The notes under the pieces: model-generated
The model's input: only the letters and a program-made list of their open reading frames with translations
Databases searched by the model: none
What the model was told of the DNA's origin: nothing
Assembly: GCA_052033935.1 (NCBI GenBank)
Contig: JBPOJE010000011.1
Coordinates: 75,814-139,813, forward strand
Direction: 5' to 3'
Length of the DNA stretch: 64,000 nt
Source: Armatimonadota bacterium
GTDB lineage: Bacteria; Armatimonadota; UBA5829; DSUL01
Made by a program: the position numbers and the translations under genes
Part shown: piece after piece, positions 48,120-58,170 of the stretch
How the letters are laid out: each line of letters opens with the position of its first letter
How positions within the stretch are numbered: position 1 is the first letter of the stretch

Positions 48120-49555
48120 GCAGCATTTACCTGGGCGCGGATATCGGGACCACCTCGGCGAAGTGCCTCGCGGTGGACTCGGACGGCACGATTCTGGCGC
48201 TTGCGCAGCACCCGTACGGCCTCACTCATCCCCGGCAGGGATGGGCGGAACAGGATCCGGAAGACTACTGGCGGGCCCTGCCGGCAGTTGTGCGCGAGTG
48301 CGTCCGGCAGCTTCGTGACGCCGGGAGGTCCGCGGGCGACATCGCATCGCTCGCGCTCAGCACTCAGGGCGACACGCTGGTCATCTACGACAGCAGCGGC
48401 CGCGCCGTGCGCCCGGCGATAAGCTGGATGGACTGCCGCGCCACGGACACCTTTGAGAAGAGCGTCTCCGAGGTTGGCCAGCAGTTCTGGTACGCCGAAA
48501 CCGGACACAAGCTCACTCCGTACCGGTCGGTCTGCTCCATCTGGTGGCTGGCGGAAAACGAACCCGAGACGCTGAAGGCAGGCCGAATCGGATGGATTCC
48601 GGACTACATGTCGCTTCGGCTGACGGGCAGATGCGCCGTGGACACGCCGAGCGTCTCGTGGACTCCGCTCTTCAGCCCGGCGCGGCGGACGTGGTCGGGC
48701 GCGGTTCTGGAGCAACTCGGTGTGGGGGAAGACAGTCTTCCCGATGTGCTGGAGTCGGGCGAGACGATTGCAGGCCTGCTTCCAGCGACCGCCGACGAAC
48801 TCGGCCTGAGCCCGGATGTGCATCTGGTGTCGGGCGCGTTCGACCAGGCCGCGGCGGCGCACGGCGCGTCGGCCGCGCCTGGCGGGCGAAGCGTGCTGTC
48901 GTGCGGAACGGCGTGGGTGCTCTACGGCGTCAGCGGCAACCCGGTGGTTGATCCGGGACTGGGCATCTCCGGATGCTGCCACGTGCGCGCCGATGAGTGG
49001 GGCATGGTGCTGCCGTTCAGCGGCGGGACGGTGTACGACTGGGCGCGGCGCACTCTGGCAGGAGAAGCCGCGAAGACCGCCGGCAGCCCGAACGAGCCCC
49101 TGATCTTCATCCCCCACCTGTACGGGGGTCTCAGCCCGGACTGGCGTCAGGAATCTCGAGGGACGATTGTGGGCCTCACGCTGTCGCACACGCCGGAGGA
49201 CATCGATCTGGCGGTGATGCGGGGGCTGGTGTTCGAGGCGCGGCGGAACATGGACGCGTGCGCTGCTCTCGCGGGACGCCCGGAGCGAATCCGCATGGTG
49301 GGCGGCGCGACGCACAGCGCGTTCTGGCCGCAGCTTGCCGCCGACATCTTGGCCCTGCCGGTCGAGGTCTGGAACTGCTCCGAGTCGGCCTGCTACGGCG
49401 CGGCGAAGCTGGCGGCGGGCGCGTTGTCGGACGGCTGGAGCGGAGGCGCGGTGCGCGTCATTGAGCCCCGGCCCGAACGGGTGGAGGCCGAATCCGCCAC
49501 GTACGAACGCTATCTCATGGCCTACGCGAAGGCCTTGGACTTCTACTCAGCCTGA
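48116..49555 (+). CDS. FGGY family carbohydrate kinase (xylulokinase/LsrK-like)
   Basis: SIYLGADIGTTSAKCLAVDSDG ... GWAEQDPEDYW N-terminal FGGY motifs. GTG start overlapping the upstream stop. Confidence 0.8.
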   Translation: MSSIYLGADIGTTSAKCLAVDSDGTILALAQHPYGLTHPRQGWAEQDPEDYWRALPAVVRECVRQLRDAGRSAGDIASLALSTQGDTLVIYDSSGRAVRPAISWMDCRATDTFEKSVSEVGQQFWYAETGHKLTPYRSVCSIWWLAENEPETLKAGRIGWIPDYMSLRLTGRCAVDTPSVSWTPLFSPARRTWSGAVLEQLGVGEDSLPDVLESGETIAGLLPATADELGLSPDVHLVSGAFDQAAAAHGASAAPGGRSVLSCGTAWVLYGVSGNPVVDPGLGISGCCHVRADEWGMVLPFSGGTVYDWARRTLAGEAAKTAGSPNEPLIFIPHLYGGLSPDWRQESRGTIVGLTLSHTPEDIDLAVMRGLVFEARRNMDACAALAGRPERIRMVGGATHSAFWPQLAADILALPVEVWNCSESACYGAAKLAAGALSDGWSGGAVRVIEPRPERVEAESATYERYLMAYAKALDFYSA

Positions 49556-49602
49556 GCGCGCAGTATCGCTTCCGGGCTGCTTCATCGAGAGGATAGGACT
49601 GA

Positions 49603-50415
49603 ATGACTGGAAAAGACATCCGGCTTGGCAGGCTGTTTTCGGGCGGAAACGCCACCGTTGTGGCCATTGACCACGGCGAGTTCGACGGCCCGCTTCCGGG
49701 CATGATTGACCTGCCGGAGGTCATCAGGAAGGTGGCCCCCTGCGTGTCGGCGATCCTGCTCTCGCCGGGGATGATGAAGCACTGCGGCCATGCGTTCACT
49801 GCGAAGGGTTCGCCACTTGCGATGGTGCGGATCAACTGGAGCAGCCACTTCTGCTTCCACTGGGACTACGATCAGGGCATCGCCGTGCAGGCGGCGTCTC
49901 CGGCTGAGGCCGTAGCGCTCGGCGCGGACATCGTGCTGGTGTGCCTGACTCTGCAGACGGGCAGCGAGGCGCGAGACGCCGCCAATGTCGAGCTTTTCTG
50001 CCGCCTGACGGCCGAGGCGCGCTCGCTCGGACTGCCGGTTGTCGGCGAGTATTTCCCCGCCCGGCCCGACCGCCTGTCGCCGGAGCAGCTTCACGAGCAA
50101 GTGTATCGAGGCTGCCGCATCATCGCCGAGTTGGGCGCGGATCTGATCAAGACCTACTGCACCATCAAGTTCGACGAAGTCACGAAGGCCTGCCCGGCGC
50201 CGATTCTGGGCCTGGGCGCGGAGAAGACCCCGCGCCAGATTCAGGCGCTCGAGCTTGCGGAGCGGATCATCAAGGGCGGCGGGCGAGGCGTCGTGTTCGG
50301 TCGCAACGCGATCCAGGTGGACGACCCGGCGGCATTTCAGCGCGCGCTGGTTGAGGTGGTGCAGGGCGGCAAGCGTCCGTCCGACGCCGCCGCAGCGCAC
50401 GGCCTGAAGGACTGA
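49603..50415 (+). CDS. class I aldolase of the DhnA/LsrF family
   Basis: 270 aa; NATVVAIDHGEF ... LIKTYC (Schiff-base Lys region) ... VVFGRNAIQ resemble LsrF / DhnA-type fructose-bisphosphate aldolase / ADH synthase. Confidence 0.7.
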   Translation: MTGKDIRLGRLFSGGNATVVAIDHGEFDGPLPGMIDLPEVIRKVAPCVSAILLSPGMMKHCGHAFTAKGSPLAMVRINWSSHFCFHWDYDQGIAVQAASPAEAVALGADIVLVCLTLQTGSEARDAANVELFCRLTAEARSLGLPVVGEYFPARPDRLSPEQLHEQVYRGCRIIAELGADLIKTYCTIKFDEVTKACPAPILGLGAEKTPRQIQALELAERIIKGGGRGVVFGRNAIQVDDPAAFQRALVEVVQGGKRPSDAAAAHGLKD

Positions 50416-50499
50416 CCACCGCATCGTCCTGAATCGCGGAAGCGCGGAAACCCGGATTCCGTGCCTCCGTCCGTTCCGCGTCTCCGCGATTCTACCGCC

Positions 50500-52791
50500 T
50501 CAGCGTCTCAGCGATTCCGTCACTCCCGCGATCCAGCGGCGATATTGCTCCAGATCGAAGGGCGGAACGCCCGCGAGGTAGTGGCTCAGGCCGTCTCCGG
50601 ACGCGCTCGTCCAGCGCAGGACCCAGAGCCGTTGTTCGGACGGGCTGTAAGGGATGCGATCGAGCGTGGTGACGGCATCCACCCCCGCCGTTGCGCGCCC
50701 CGCCGCGATCTGAGCGCCCGTGCCCGCGTCCGTGACCGTGTACTGCAACTCGATGGCGTCGCGGCTGTCGTTGCAGGCGGCTAGCTCCTGACAACCGCCT
50801 TCGGGCTCGCGGAGAGCAAGCAGCAGAGGCTGCTGGCAGCGTTTGATGAACGAGTACGCCAGCTTCTTCGTGAAGTAGTAGTCCACAACGGCGTCTGAGA
50901 ACTGCGGCCACCCGTCCATCAGGTTCCACCAGATAATGCCCGTGCGCCGCCACTTGCCCGTGCGGAACATCTCGATAAAGAACTTGACCGCCTCGGCCTG
51001 CGACGCCTGGCTTGCGAACACGAAGTCTTCGAGATTGCCGGGCGCCTCGCCAAACAGATTTCGGACCTGGCTGGCCATCAGTTCGACGCGGTAGCCGAAG
51101 TTGTCCACGCCCGGCACGGGGTCGGTGGCGTGCAGAGTCCATTCGCAGTTGTCCTGATACGGCCAGACCTTCTCCGGCGAGATGAACCTGCGGATGGACT
51201 CCGCCGACGGGCATCCGTGGTAGCCCATCTCGCTGGCGAAGTGGCACGCGGCGCCCCGGTAGAAATCGCTCTTGTAGTAGTCCCGGGGTCCCCAGGGATG
51301 GTCCTCGGGTGGGCTTCCGTGCGCGGCGAACGCCGTTTCGTCTATGTACGGCGAACTGGGGATGTAGGGCGTGGCAGGGTCTTCTTCCTTCAGCACATCC
51401 GGAATGACGCGGCGGGTGAGAACGTTATCGTTGGGGTTGCGCCCCGCCGCCACGATCCCGGAATCAACCTCGTTGTCTCCCGACCAGAGCGCAAGGCAGG
51501 CGTGCTGGCGCAGCCGCCGGACGACCGTCCTTGCCTCAGCGGCGATTACCCGCTGGTGGGCCTCATCCTGCGGGGGGAAGCGGCACGCCATGGCGAAGTC
51601 CTGCCAGACGAGAATGCCGCGGCGGTCGCAGCAGTCGTAGAACAGATCGTTCTCGTAAACATTGCCGCCCCAGCAGCGGATCATGTTGCAGCCGATGTCC
51701 TGGGCCAGATCAAGAACCCGCGGGAGGCGTTCGGCATCACGCGAGTGGTAGGCATCCACGGGAACCCAGTTCGTGCCCAACGCAAAGAACCGCTCGCCGT
51801 TCACCCGGAAGCAGAACTCGCCGCTGCCCGATTCGTCTGTGACGCTGGTACGGTCGAGCGCGATTGTGCGGATTCCGTGGGTGAAGGTGAGCCGGTCCAG
51901 CTCTTCTCCGCCACGCGTGAGGCGCACGGTCACGTCATAAAGGTTCTGCTCTCCGCGCCCACGCGGCCACCAGAGCCTCGGACCACAGACGTTGACACCC
52001 AGAACACCACCGATGGCTCCGGCCTGTTGCGAAGCGTGGAACTCCGAATCGCCGCACCGACCCGCAATCTCGACCCGGACGTCCGCTTCGCCGGACAGCG
52101 CGGCTGTGTAATGCAACGCGAGATGCGCCGCCTCGCCGGATGTGCTCACCGTGCGCAGGAATGCCGTCTCCAGCCGCTCCTTCGGGCGGAAGCGCAGGGC
52201 GACCAGCCGCCAGATTCCGGCCGAGACCGCGCGCGGCATGATGTCCCAACCGTACATATGGGGCGCTTTTCGCACGTAGAGCGACTCGAGGAAGCCGCCG
52301 AGAGCCCCCACGGAGGGCGGATAGCTGAACTTCTTCGCCTCCTCGACAGCCGGCCGGATGTGGACGAGAAGCTCGTTCTCCCCTCTCAGAAGCCCGTTGA
52401 CCGGAAAGACGTGCTCGATGAGCATGTTGTCCGCGCTGCCGGCGAGCTCCCCGTTCAGGAAGACATCGGCGAAGCAATCAATACCCTCGAAGACAAGCTC
52501 CGCGTCGAACCCGGGCATATCCTCCGCCTGGAAACGGCGCGCGTACCAGACGTGCGAGCGCTCCCAGCGGGTGAGGCCTGCGATGTTCATTCCGAAGAAC
52601 GGCTCGGGGATGATGCCGTTGCGGTGCAGGTCGAGTTCGAAGTTGCCCGGCACGGTGCAGGACAGCAGCGCGCAGCCTGCCGCTTCGAGGTCTGCGACGG
52701 ACGTGAAGCGGCGCAACTCCGGCCCTTCGCTGTACGCGAACGACCATTCGCCGCACAGGTCAACGCCCGGGTCGTGATCGCGGAAGCGCAC
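50500..52791 (-). CDS. glycoside hydrolase family 2 (beta-mannosidase-like)
   Basis: 763 aa; GH2 sugar-binding, Ig-like and TIM-barrel order with LALWSGDNE acid/base motif. Confidence 0.8.
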   Translation of the reverse strand: MRFRDHDPGVDLCGEWSFAYSEGPELRRFTSVADLEAAGCALLSCTVPGNFELDLHRNGIIPEPFFGMNIAGLTRWERSHVWYARRFQAEDMPGFDAELVFEGIDCFADVFLNGELAGSADNMLIEHVFPVNGLLRGENELLVHIRPAVEEAKKFSYPPSVGALGGFLESLYVRKAPHMYGWDIMPRAVSAGIWRLVALRFRPKERLETAFLRTVSTSGEAAHLALHYTAALSGEADVRVEIAGRCGDSEFHASQQAGAIGGVLGVNVCGPRLWWPRGRGEQNLYDVTVRLTRGGEELDRLTFTHGIRTIALDRTSVTDESGSGEFCFRVNGERFFALGTNWVPVDAYHSRDAERLPRVLDLAQDIGCNMIRCWGGNVYENDLFYDCCDRRGILVWQDFAMACRFPPQDEAHQRVIAAEARTVVRRLRQHACLALWSGDNEVDSGIVAAGRNPNDNVLTRRVIPDVLKEEDPATPYIPSSPYIDETAFAAHGSPPEDHPWGPRDYYKSDFYRGAACHFASEMGYHGCPSAESIRRFISPEKVWPYQDNCEWTLHATDPVPGVDNFGYRVELMASQVRNLFGEAPGNLEDFVFASQASQAEAVKFFIEMFRTGKWRRTGIIWWNLMDGWPQFSDAVVDYYFTKKLAYSFIKRCQQPLLLALREPEGGCQELAACNDSRDAIELQYTVTDAGTGAQIAAGRATAGVDAVTTLDRIPYSPSEQRLWVLRWTSASGDGLSHYLAGVPPFDLEQYRRWIAGVTESLRR

Positions 52792-52834
52792 TAGAGTGAC
52801 CCCGCCGAAAGCGCTCTTGTGGACGTGGCCTTCA

Positions 52835-53980
52835 TCAGGGCCTCAGCGTGATGCGCCCGACGTACACGGAGGCTTCGTCGCGGGCATCCTGCGCGCGGGC
52901 GTGCTGAGAGTACCAGCTCACGAGGAAGGAGGGCTGATCTGCTCCGGCCGCGGCGGGGTCTAGGAGCAGGCCGGGATACGCGGTGTCGCCGTCGCGCCCG
53001 CGGCCCGCGATGAAACAGCGGCCCTTCCAGGTGAGCATCACCGGCGAGTGAATGAGCACCTCCAGGTCTATGCGGTGCCACGTCTTGAGCGAGGGATCGC
53101 TGCGGAACAGCATCGCGTTTGCGTTGCGCTCGCCGGAGCGCGCGACCAGCTCGACAGAGCCATCGGCGAGGAAGCGCATGTCCGCTTCGTCCGGAGTCCG
53201 CGCGTTCGGGATTGCGCTGACGATGTCCCACTTGAGGCCGTCTTGCGACCTCAGCAGCCGCATGCCTTCCTTGCCGCCGGAGGGCCAGTTGCTCGAATAC
53301 GCGGCGCTGTAGAACGCGCCCTTCAGCCAGCGGACGCGCCACAGCCACCACCGGGACTCGTACACGCCCTGCACCTTCGACCAGTGAATGCCGTCCTCCG
53401 AAGAGGCAAAGTGAGAACGGAGCTTGCCCCTGCCCGGCACGCCGTTGTCCACGGCGTGGGCAAGGTCCCAAGTGCCGAAATAGACGAAGAGCCTGTCATC
53501 CGTCACCGTGAAATGCGGGTCGCGGTCATCGCCGAGCGTGTCGAGCGTCGCGCAGGGATCCCACGTCTTCATGTCGCTGCTGCGCATCACGCGGATCTCG
53601 CCGTCCATCGAAAGATGTGACGCCCCATGACGGAAACAGAGATAGTAATGCCCCCTGTAGAGTGCAAGGTCGGTGAAGGCGTTGTGCCTGCCGTCGCCAT
53701 ACGCCTTCTGGTGCCAGTCCAGCGTCGCCGCCCGCGCATCTCCCGTCATGCAGATCGCTCCCATCAGAACTGCCGCCGCCAGCACGGCGAACCCGCGGGG
53801 CCGCAATCTCCTGCCGTCAGTTGAAACGCTGCCCCCGATGAGCCACCACGGCAGCTTCTCGCCCGCGAGGAAGTAATCACGCCCGCTGCTCTTCGTTTTG
53901 CGCACGGCGTACATCCCGAGCGCAATCACCACGACCACATACAGCACGAAGATGCTGATATCTATCCCGCCTAGCTCCAA
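52835..53980 (-). CDS. BNR/Asp-box repeat sialidase-like beta-propeller glycosidase; first ~55 codons derive from a sodium:solute symporter N-terminus
   Basis: Asp-box-like repeats SSDMKTW, SSEDGIHW, SQDGLKW, SDPSLKTW. Residues 1-55 (ISIFVLYVVVVIALGMYAV ... DYFLAGEKLPWWLIGGSV) match SSF transporter TM1-TM2, followed by a signal-peptide-like segment. Confidence 0.55.
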   Translation of the reverse strand: MELGGIDISIFVLYVVVVIALGMYAVRKTKSSGRDYFLAGEKLPWWLIGGSVSTDGRRLRPRGFAVLAAAVLMGAICMTGDARAATLDWHQKAYGDGRHNAFTDLALYRGHYYLCFRHGASHLSMDGEIRVMRSSDMKTWDPCATLDTLGDDRDPHFTVTDDRLFVYFGTWDLAHAVDNGVPGRGKLRSHFASSEDGIHWSKVQGVYESRWWLWRVRWLKGAFYSAAYSSNWPSGGKEGMRLLRSQDGLKWDIVSAIPNARTPDEADMRFLADGSVELVARSGERNANAMLFRSDPSLKTWHRIDLEVLIHSPVMLTWKGRCFIAGRGRDGDTAYPGLLLDPAAAGADQPSFLVSWYSQHARAQDARDEASVYVGRITLRP

Positions 53981-54042
53981 TTCTCACCTGATTCCTTCCC
54001 GTTGATAGAGGTTGCGCCTCGCGGCGCATCACGCGGACGCGC

Positions 54043-55089
54043 TCACTTGCCGGACGATCCGTCCGCCGGCCACCCCAGAAGCCTTGCCCCGTTCGAATAC
54101 ATGACCTTCTCGACCACGTCCCTGCCCATGCCGAGCCGTTTGACAGCCGTAATCAAAGCCCGCACCCCTTCGTAGAGAAAGAAGGTGTAGTTCGCTTCGA
54201 TCTCCGGGCTCTTTCGGTTCGTGTTCCACGAGTACGGCCCATCCGTGTAGTTGATGTAGTCCTCGCCGTCGTATTCCCGGTAGCCGCGCATAAGCATGAT
54301 GGGCAGGTCGCTGCCGAAGAGAAGCCGGTCGGGCCCGGCGGTCTGGAGCGCAAGCTCGATCACGTCGGGGTTCACGTTTGCGGTAATATCAAAGAGAATG
54401 TCTTCGCGCCCGGCGAAACGCGGCAGTCCGCGCCGGGCGGTCGGCAGGCAGTAGGCCCGCCCCACATGCGCGACGATAAGCCTGGCGCCGGGATACTCGT
54501 CGGCTATCTCGAGCACCTCCCGGATGTTGTCCGGGTCGGCCAGCCTGCCCACGCGGGGGATATGCAGCATCACGATGCCGCCGAGCCGGTCGAGAACCTC
54601 CAGATGCTCGCGCGGAAGGAAGTCGTATACGCTCACCTCCAGGCTCTTCTGCGGCGAGAGGTCCGGGTAGGGCTTGATCCCCAGGAACCCCTGCCCGCTG
54701 ATGGCCTGCTCGATGACGGACGGATCGTACTCGGGGCGCGTCACAAAGAGAGCGACGGCGTCGTTGCGGGGGTCCGAAATACCGTCGAGGACATACCGGT
54801 TGTTCACCTCGACGTCCGTCTCGCGCGTCACATACCCGAACACCAGAGCCGAAACACGCTGCTCGGGAAACAGCATCTGGAAGTTGTCGCGCATCTCCTC
54901 GAAGGAGTGCTGTGTCGCGATCTCCGTCGTCCAGCGTTCACGCTTGCGCTCCTCGCTGACCGGGGCAATGTGCTCGCGCAGATAGATGTGGACGTGGATA
55001 TCCAGGATCCGGTCAGGCAGCCACGGAAGAAGCTCCTCTTCATAGACTCTTCTGTCAACGGGCCTGCCTTTGGGTGTCTGAATAGCCAT
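54043..55089 (-). CDS. amidohydrolase-2 family metal-dependent hydrolase
   Basis: 348 aa; ILDIHVHIY ... LLFGSDLP metal-ligand motifs of the PF04909 TIM-barrel amidohydrolases. Confidence 0.75.
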   Translation of the reverse strand: MAIQTPKGRPVDRRVYEEELLPWLPDRILDIHVHIYLREHIAPVSEERKRERWTTEIATQHSFEEMRDNFQMLFPEQRVSALVFGYVTRETDVEVNNRYVLDGISDPRNDAVALFVTRPEYDPSVIEQAISGQGFLGIKPYPDLSPQKSLEVSVYDFLPREHLEVLDRLGGIVMLHIPRVGRLADPDNIREVLEIADEYPGARLIVAHVGRAYCLPTARRGLPRFAGREDILFDITANVNPDVIELALQTAGPDRLLFGSDLPIMLMRGYREYDGEDYINYTDGPYSWNTNRKSPEIEANYTFFLYEGVRALITAVKRLGMGRDVVEKVMYSNGARLLGWPADGSSGK

Positions 55090-55206
55090 TGTTCCTCCGT
55101 GTCGTGCAGCCGGCTGCGCCGGACATCAATCGGGGGCATCCCCGCACAGGAGGTACGGGGATGCCCCCCACCAGCCGCCGGGTACCGGCGGTTGGCTGGC
55201 TGTGTG

Positions 55207-56478
55207 CTAGGCCGTGGGGTCGAAGCTCGGAACACGCATCTGCAGCCCACCCTTCATGGAGGACTGGTGCGCGATAATACCGGGAACCGTATATGCAAGA
55301 GCCTCATAGACATCAATGGCGGGCTTCCGGCCCTTCACCAGCGCGTCCACGAACTCGTGAACAAGGAAGTTGTGAGAGCCGCCGTGGCCCGAATCCTGCC
55401 GCAGAGGCTCGGGCAGCATTTCGGTTTTCCACCACATAGGCTGGTCGTACTGCTCAAACTCCGACATCTGCCGCTCGAACCCGCCATCGTCTCTCTCGAT
55501 CTGGCCGCTCGTGCGGACAATGACCGGCCCCATGCCGTTGGGGTGCTCCATAAAGAAGCTGAACTTGTTGCCGTACCACTCGGCGCGCTCCGTGCCGCGC
55601 ACCGCCCCGCGCCAGATCTGGCCAACCCGCAGAGTGTTGGCCCGGTTCGTCTTGAACAGTGCCACCTGAGACCCGAACGGGTTCTTGTAGCTGTTGTTCT
55701 GATACGGTTCCGTGCCATCGTTGAAGCCGAGACACATGACGCTCACGAGCCGCTCGCCCGTCACGCCCACTAGAAACGCTGTCGCGTGTGTGGGATACCA
55801 CATCGGCGGAAGGGCGTACCGCCATGTGCGCTTTCCCTGAGGGTCATGCCACAGCGGGCTGATGAACCCCGGAGGGTTGGGATGGAAGTACTCCGCCTCC
55901 GTGTAGAACAGCTTTCCGAACTTGCCCTCTTTGTAGAACTTGCGGGCGGAAATCGTGCCCTGCCGGTAGTAGCTGGTCTCGAACATCATGTAGGTGAGGC
56001 CGGTCTTCTGCACCGCGTCCCGGAGCCTCTCGGCGTCTTCCAGGCTGGTCGCGGCGGGAACGGCGCTGATGACATGCTTGCCCGCCTTGAAGCACTCGAT
56101 AGCGTGCTTCACATGGTTCGGGGCTTCCGTGAAGACGGCCACCGCATCCACGTTGGGGTCTTTGATGAGCTCTTCGAGCGAGTTGTAAGCGTTGTTGCAC
56201 TGGTAGTGCTGAACCAGCGCGTTGCGCCGGTCTTCTCTCAAATCGCTGACCGCCTGCACAACGCAGTCCGGATGCCGGTGCCAGGCCATGCCGTTGCCGA
56301 ATCCTCCACCGACAATTCCAATGCGAACCTTCTTCAGCGGCTTCCTGCTGCCCGTCTGCGCCAGCACGACGTTCGGCGCAACGATAGCACTCCCGAGCGC
56401 GATCCCCGTATTCACAAGAAACTCCCTTCGTGTACTGCCCTTGCGGGTATCCGATCCTGATGAACTGTCCATACTCAC
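55207..56478 (-). CDS. TAT-exported Gfo/Idh/MocA oxidoreductase (GH109-like NAD-dependent glycosidase candidate)
   Basis: Twin-arginine signal (TRREFLVNTGIALGSAIVAPNVVLAQ) followed by KVRIGIVGGGFGNG Rossmann motif; this architecture matches the GH109 family. Confidence 0.7.
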   Translation of the reverse strand: MSMDSSSGSDTRKGSTRREFLVNTGIALGSAIVAPNVVLAQTGSRKPLKKVRIGIVGGGFGNGMAWHRHPDCVVQAVSDLREDRRNALVQHYQCNNAYNSLEELIKDPNVDAVAVFTEAPNHVKHAIECFKAGKHVISAVPAATSLEDAERLRDAVQKTGLTYMMFETSYYRQGTISARKFYKEGKFGKLFYTEAEYFHPNPPGFISPLWHDPQGKRTWRYALPPMWYPTHATAFLVGVTGERLVSVMCLGFNDGTEPYQNNSYKNPFGSQVALFKTNRANTLRVGQIWRGAVRGTERAEWYGNKFSFFMEHPNGMGPVIVRTSGQIERDDGGFERQMSEFEQYDQPMWWKTEMLPEPLRQDSGHGGSHNFLVHEFVDALVKGRKPAIDVYEALAYTVPGIIAHQSSMKGGLQMRVPSFDPTA

Positions 56479-56516
56479 TAGAACTCCCTATAACTCCGGA
56501 TGCTGTGCCGAAAGCC

Positions 56517-57325
56517 TCAAGCCCTGTTGCTCCCCTCAGCACCTGCAACCACCACATCCACCCCTTGCTCTCTGATAGCGTCCACAAAGACAGGGTTGGC
56601 GCCCGGGTCGGTGACCAGCACATCGGCCATGGTCACCGGGCCAACCTGCGCATGCGAGTAGCAGCCCAGCTTTGACGAATCGCAGAGCAGCACAAGCCTG
56701 TTGCCGCGACTGATGATGCGCCGCATGCAAAGCGCGGCGTCTGTGTCAACGGTCGTGAGACCCGCCTCGACGTCCAGCGCCACCACGCTGAGGAATGTAG
56801 TGTCCCAGTAGAGCATGTCGAGCGCCGGGTCTGAGATGAAGTTGATAGTGCTGGTATCCGGCCTGACCACCCCTCCGAGCACGTGCACCGTGGCTGATGT
56901 GTGGGTGACGAGGTGGTAGGCAATCTCGACGGAGGTGGTGACGACGCGAATCTTGAGGTCCACCGGAACACGCAGGGCGAGTTCCCGGGTGTGGTGCCGC
57001 CCGTTAGGGCGACAGAGCCTTCCTGCGGCAGCAGCGCCGCCGCCGCGCCGATTGCGGCCTTCTCACGCGTGCAACTGTCGCGGGTCTCGGAGTACTCAGG
57101 GCGAGCGGCCATCCTGTCCTTGACAAGCGCGCCACCGTGCGACCTGACGAGTTTGCCTTCGTTATCGAGAACGTTAAGGTCGCGCCGTATGCTGGCGGCG
57201 GCGCTCCCCGGCAGATCCGCGAGCTCGGAGACGTTGACCGAGCCTTTGCGAAGCGCGATTTCATACACCCTGCGCCGTCTCTCAGCGGCGATCAGTCCAT
57301 TTCCGCCTGATATCTCGTCGCTCAT
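56517..57325 (-). pseudogene. DeoR family transcriptional regulator, frameshifted
   Basis: HTH half (ERRRRVYEIALRKGSVNVSELADL ...) in ORF 56633-57325 and sugar-binding half (... LLCDSSKLGCYSHAQVGPVTMADVLVTD) in ORF 56517-56963, in different frames. Paralog of 44577-45371. Confidence 0.6.
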
Positions 57326-57699
57326 TAGGCATTCCTGAACTTCCTGACACGCCCGGATTCGTCCCGTGGCCGCACCGCCCGTGCAGGCAAATAGTGCAGC
57401 CGCAGGCTACTTGTAACACGCCGCTGGCCCCCTGTCAATCGTTTCCGAGTTGCTCTTTTCGTTTTGCTTCGCTTCTGGGTGACATACCGTCCGGTTGCGT
57501 GCGTGTTCCCCACAAAACCGCAGTTTGCGGCCGGCCTCCGAGGCATTTCGCGCACAAACGGGATTCGGCCTGTTTCCGGGTGTTGCCGGACGCCGCACAA
57601 AGACGCCGGCTCAGCTATCCGTCTGATATACGTAATGCGCAGTATCACCTGGCATTCTGTACAGTGCCGGCGCGCTCTGCGCTGTGGGGTCGCTCATTC

Positions 57700-57780
57700 G
57701 GGGCGACAGACGAACTTGATTCAGCACCCTGCCGGACCCAGACCCTGGATTCCGGGTCAAGCCCGGAATGACGTTGAGAG
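57700..57780. repeat. diverged copy of the multi-hairpin repeat (H1'/H2' only)
   Basis: GACGAACTTGATTCAGCAC and GGATTCCGGGTCAAGCCCGGAATGACG parallel H1/H2 of the 15.2/20.5-kb repeats. Lies ~120 bp 3' of tRNA-Ser. Confidence 0.3.
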
Positions 57781-57898
57781 GGCACTGCCAGCGGGCTGCA
57801 AGCCCGGCACCGGGCAGCCCGATCGTGGGTACGGGGTCAACAATCGCCAGCGCCGGACGGGAAACCGAAAAGAGGCTTTGACAGCCCGTTTGACGCTC

Positions 57899-57993
<95 letters not shown>

Positions 57994-58170
57994 GCAAGAC
58001 GGACGGGCATATTGTAGCAGATTTCGGCAATGCCCCGACACGGCGGCTGCGAAAAGCGGACAATCCGGGTGCGCGGGATGCCCCTCCGGGGTGCGAAGAA
58101 TTGCGCGTTCTTCCGAAACTCAGGCGGATGGCCATTGCGCAACACCCCTGCCATCGGAGTAAGATGACCT

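Noticed and set aside
52835-53980. Treating the N-terminal TM segment of the sialidase-like ORF as a genuine membrane anchor
   Set aside because: The segment reproduces the highly specific SSF transporter TM1-TM2 (DYFLAG ... LPWW) and is followed by a separate signal peptide. A fused transporter remnant explains both better.
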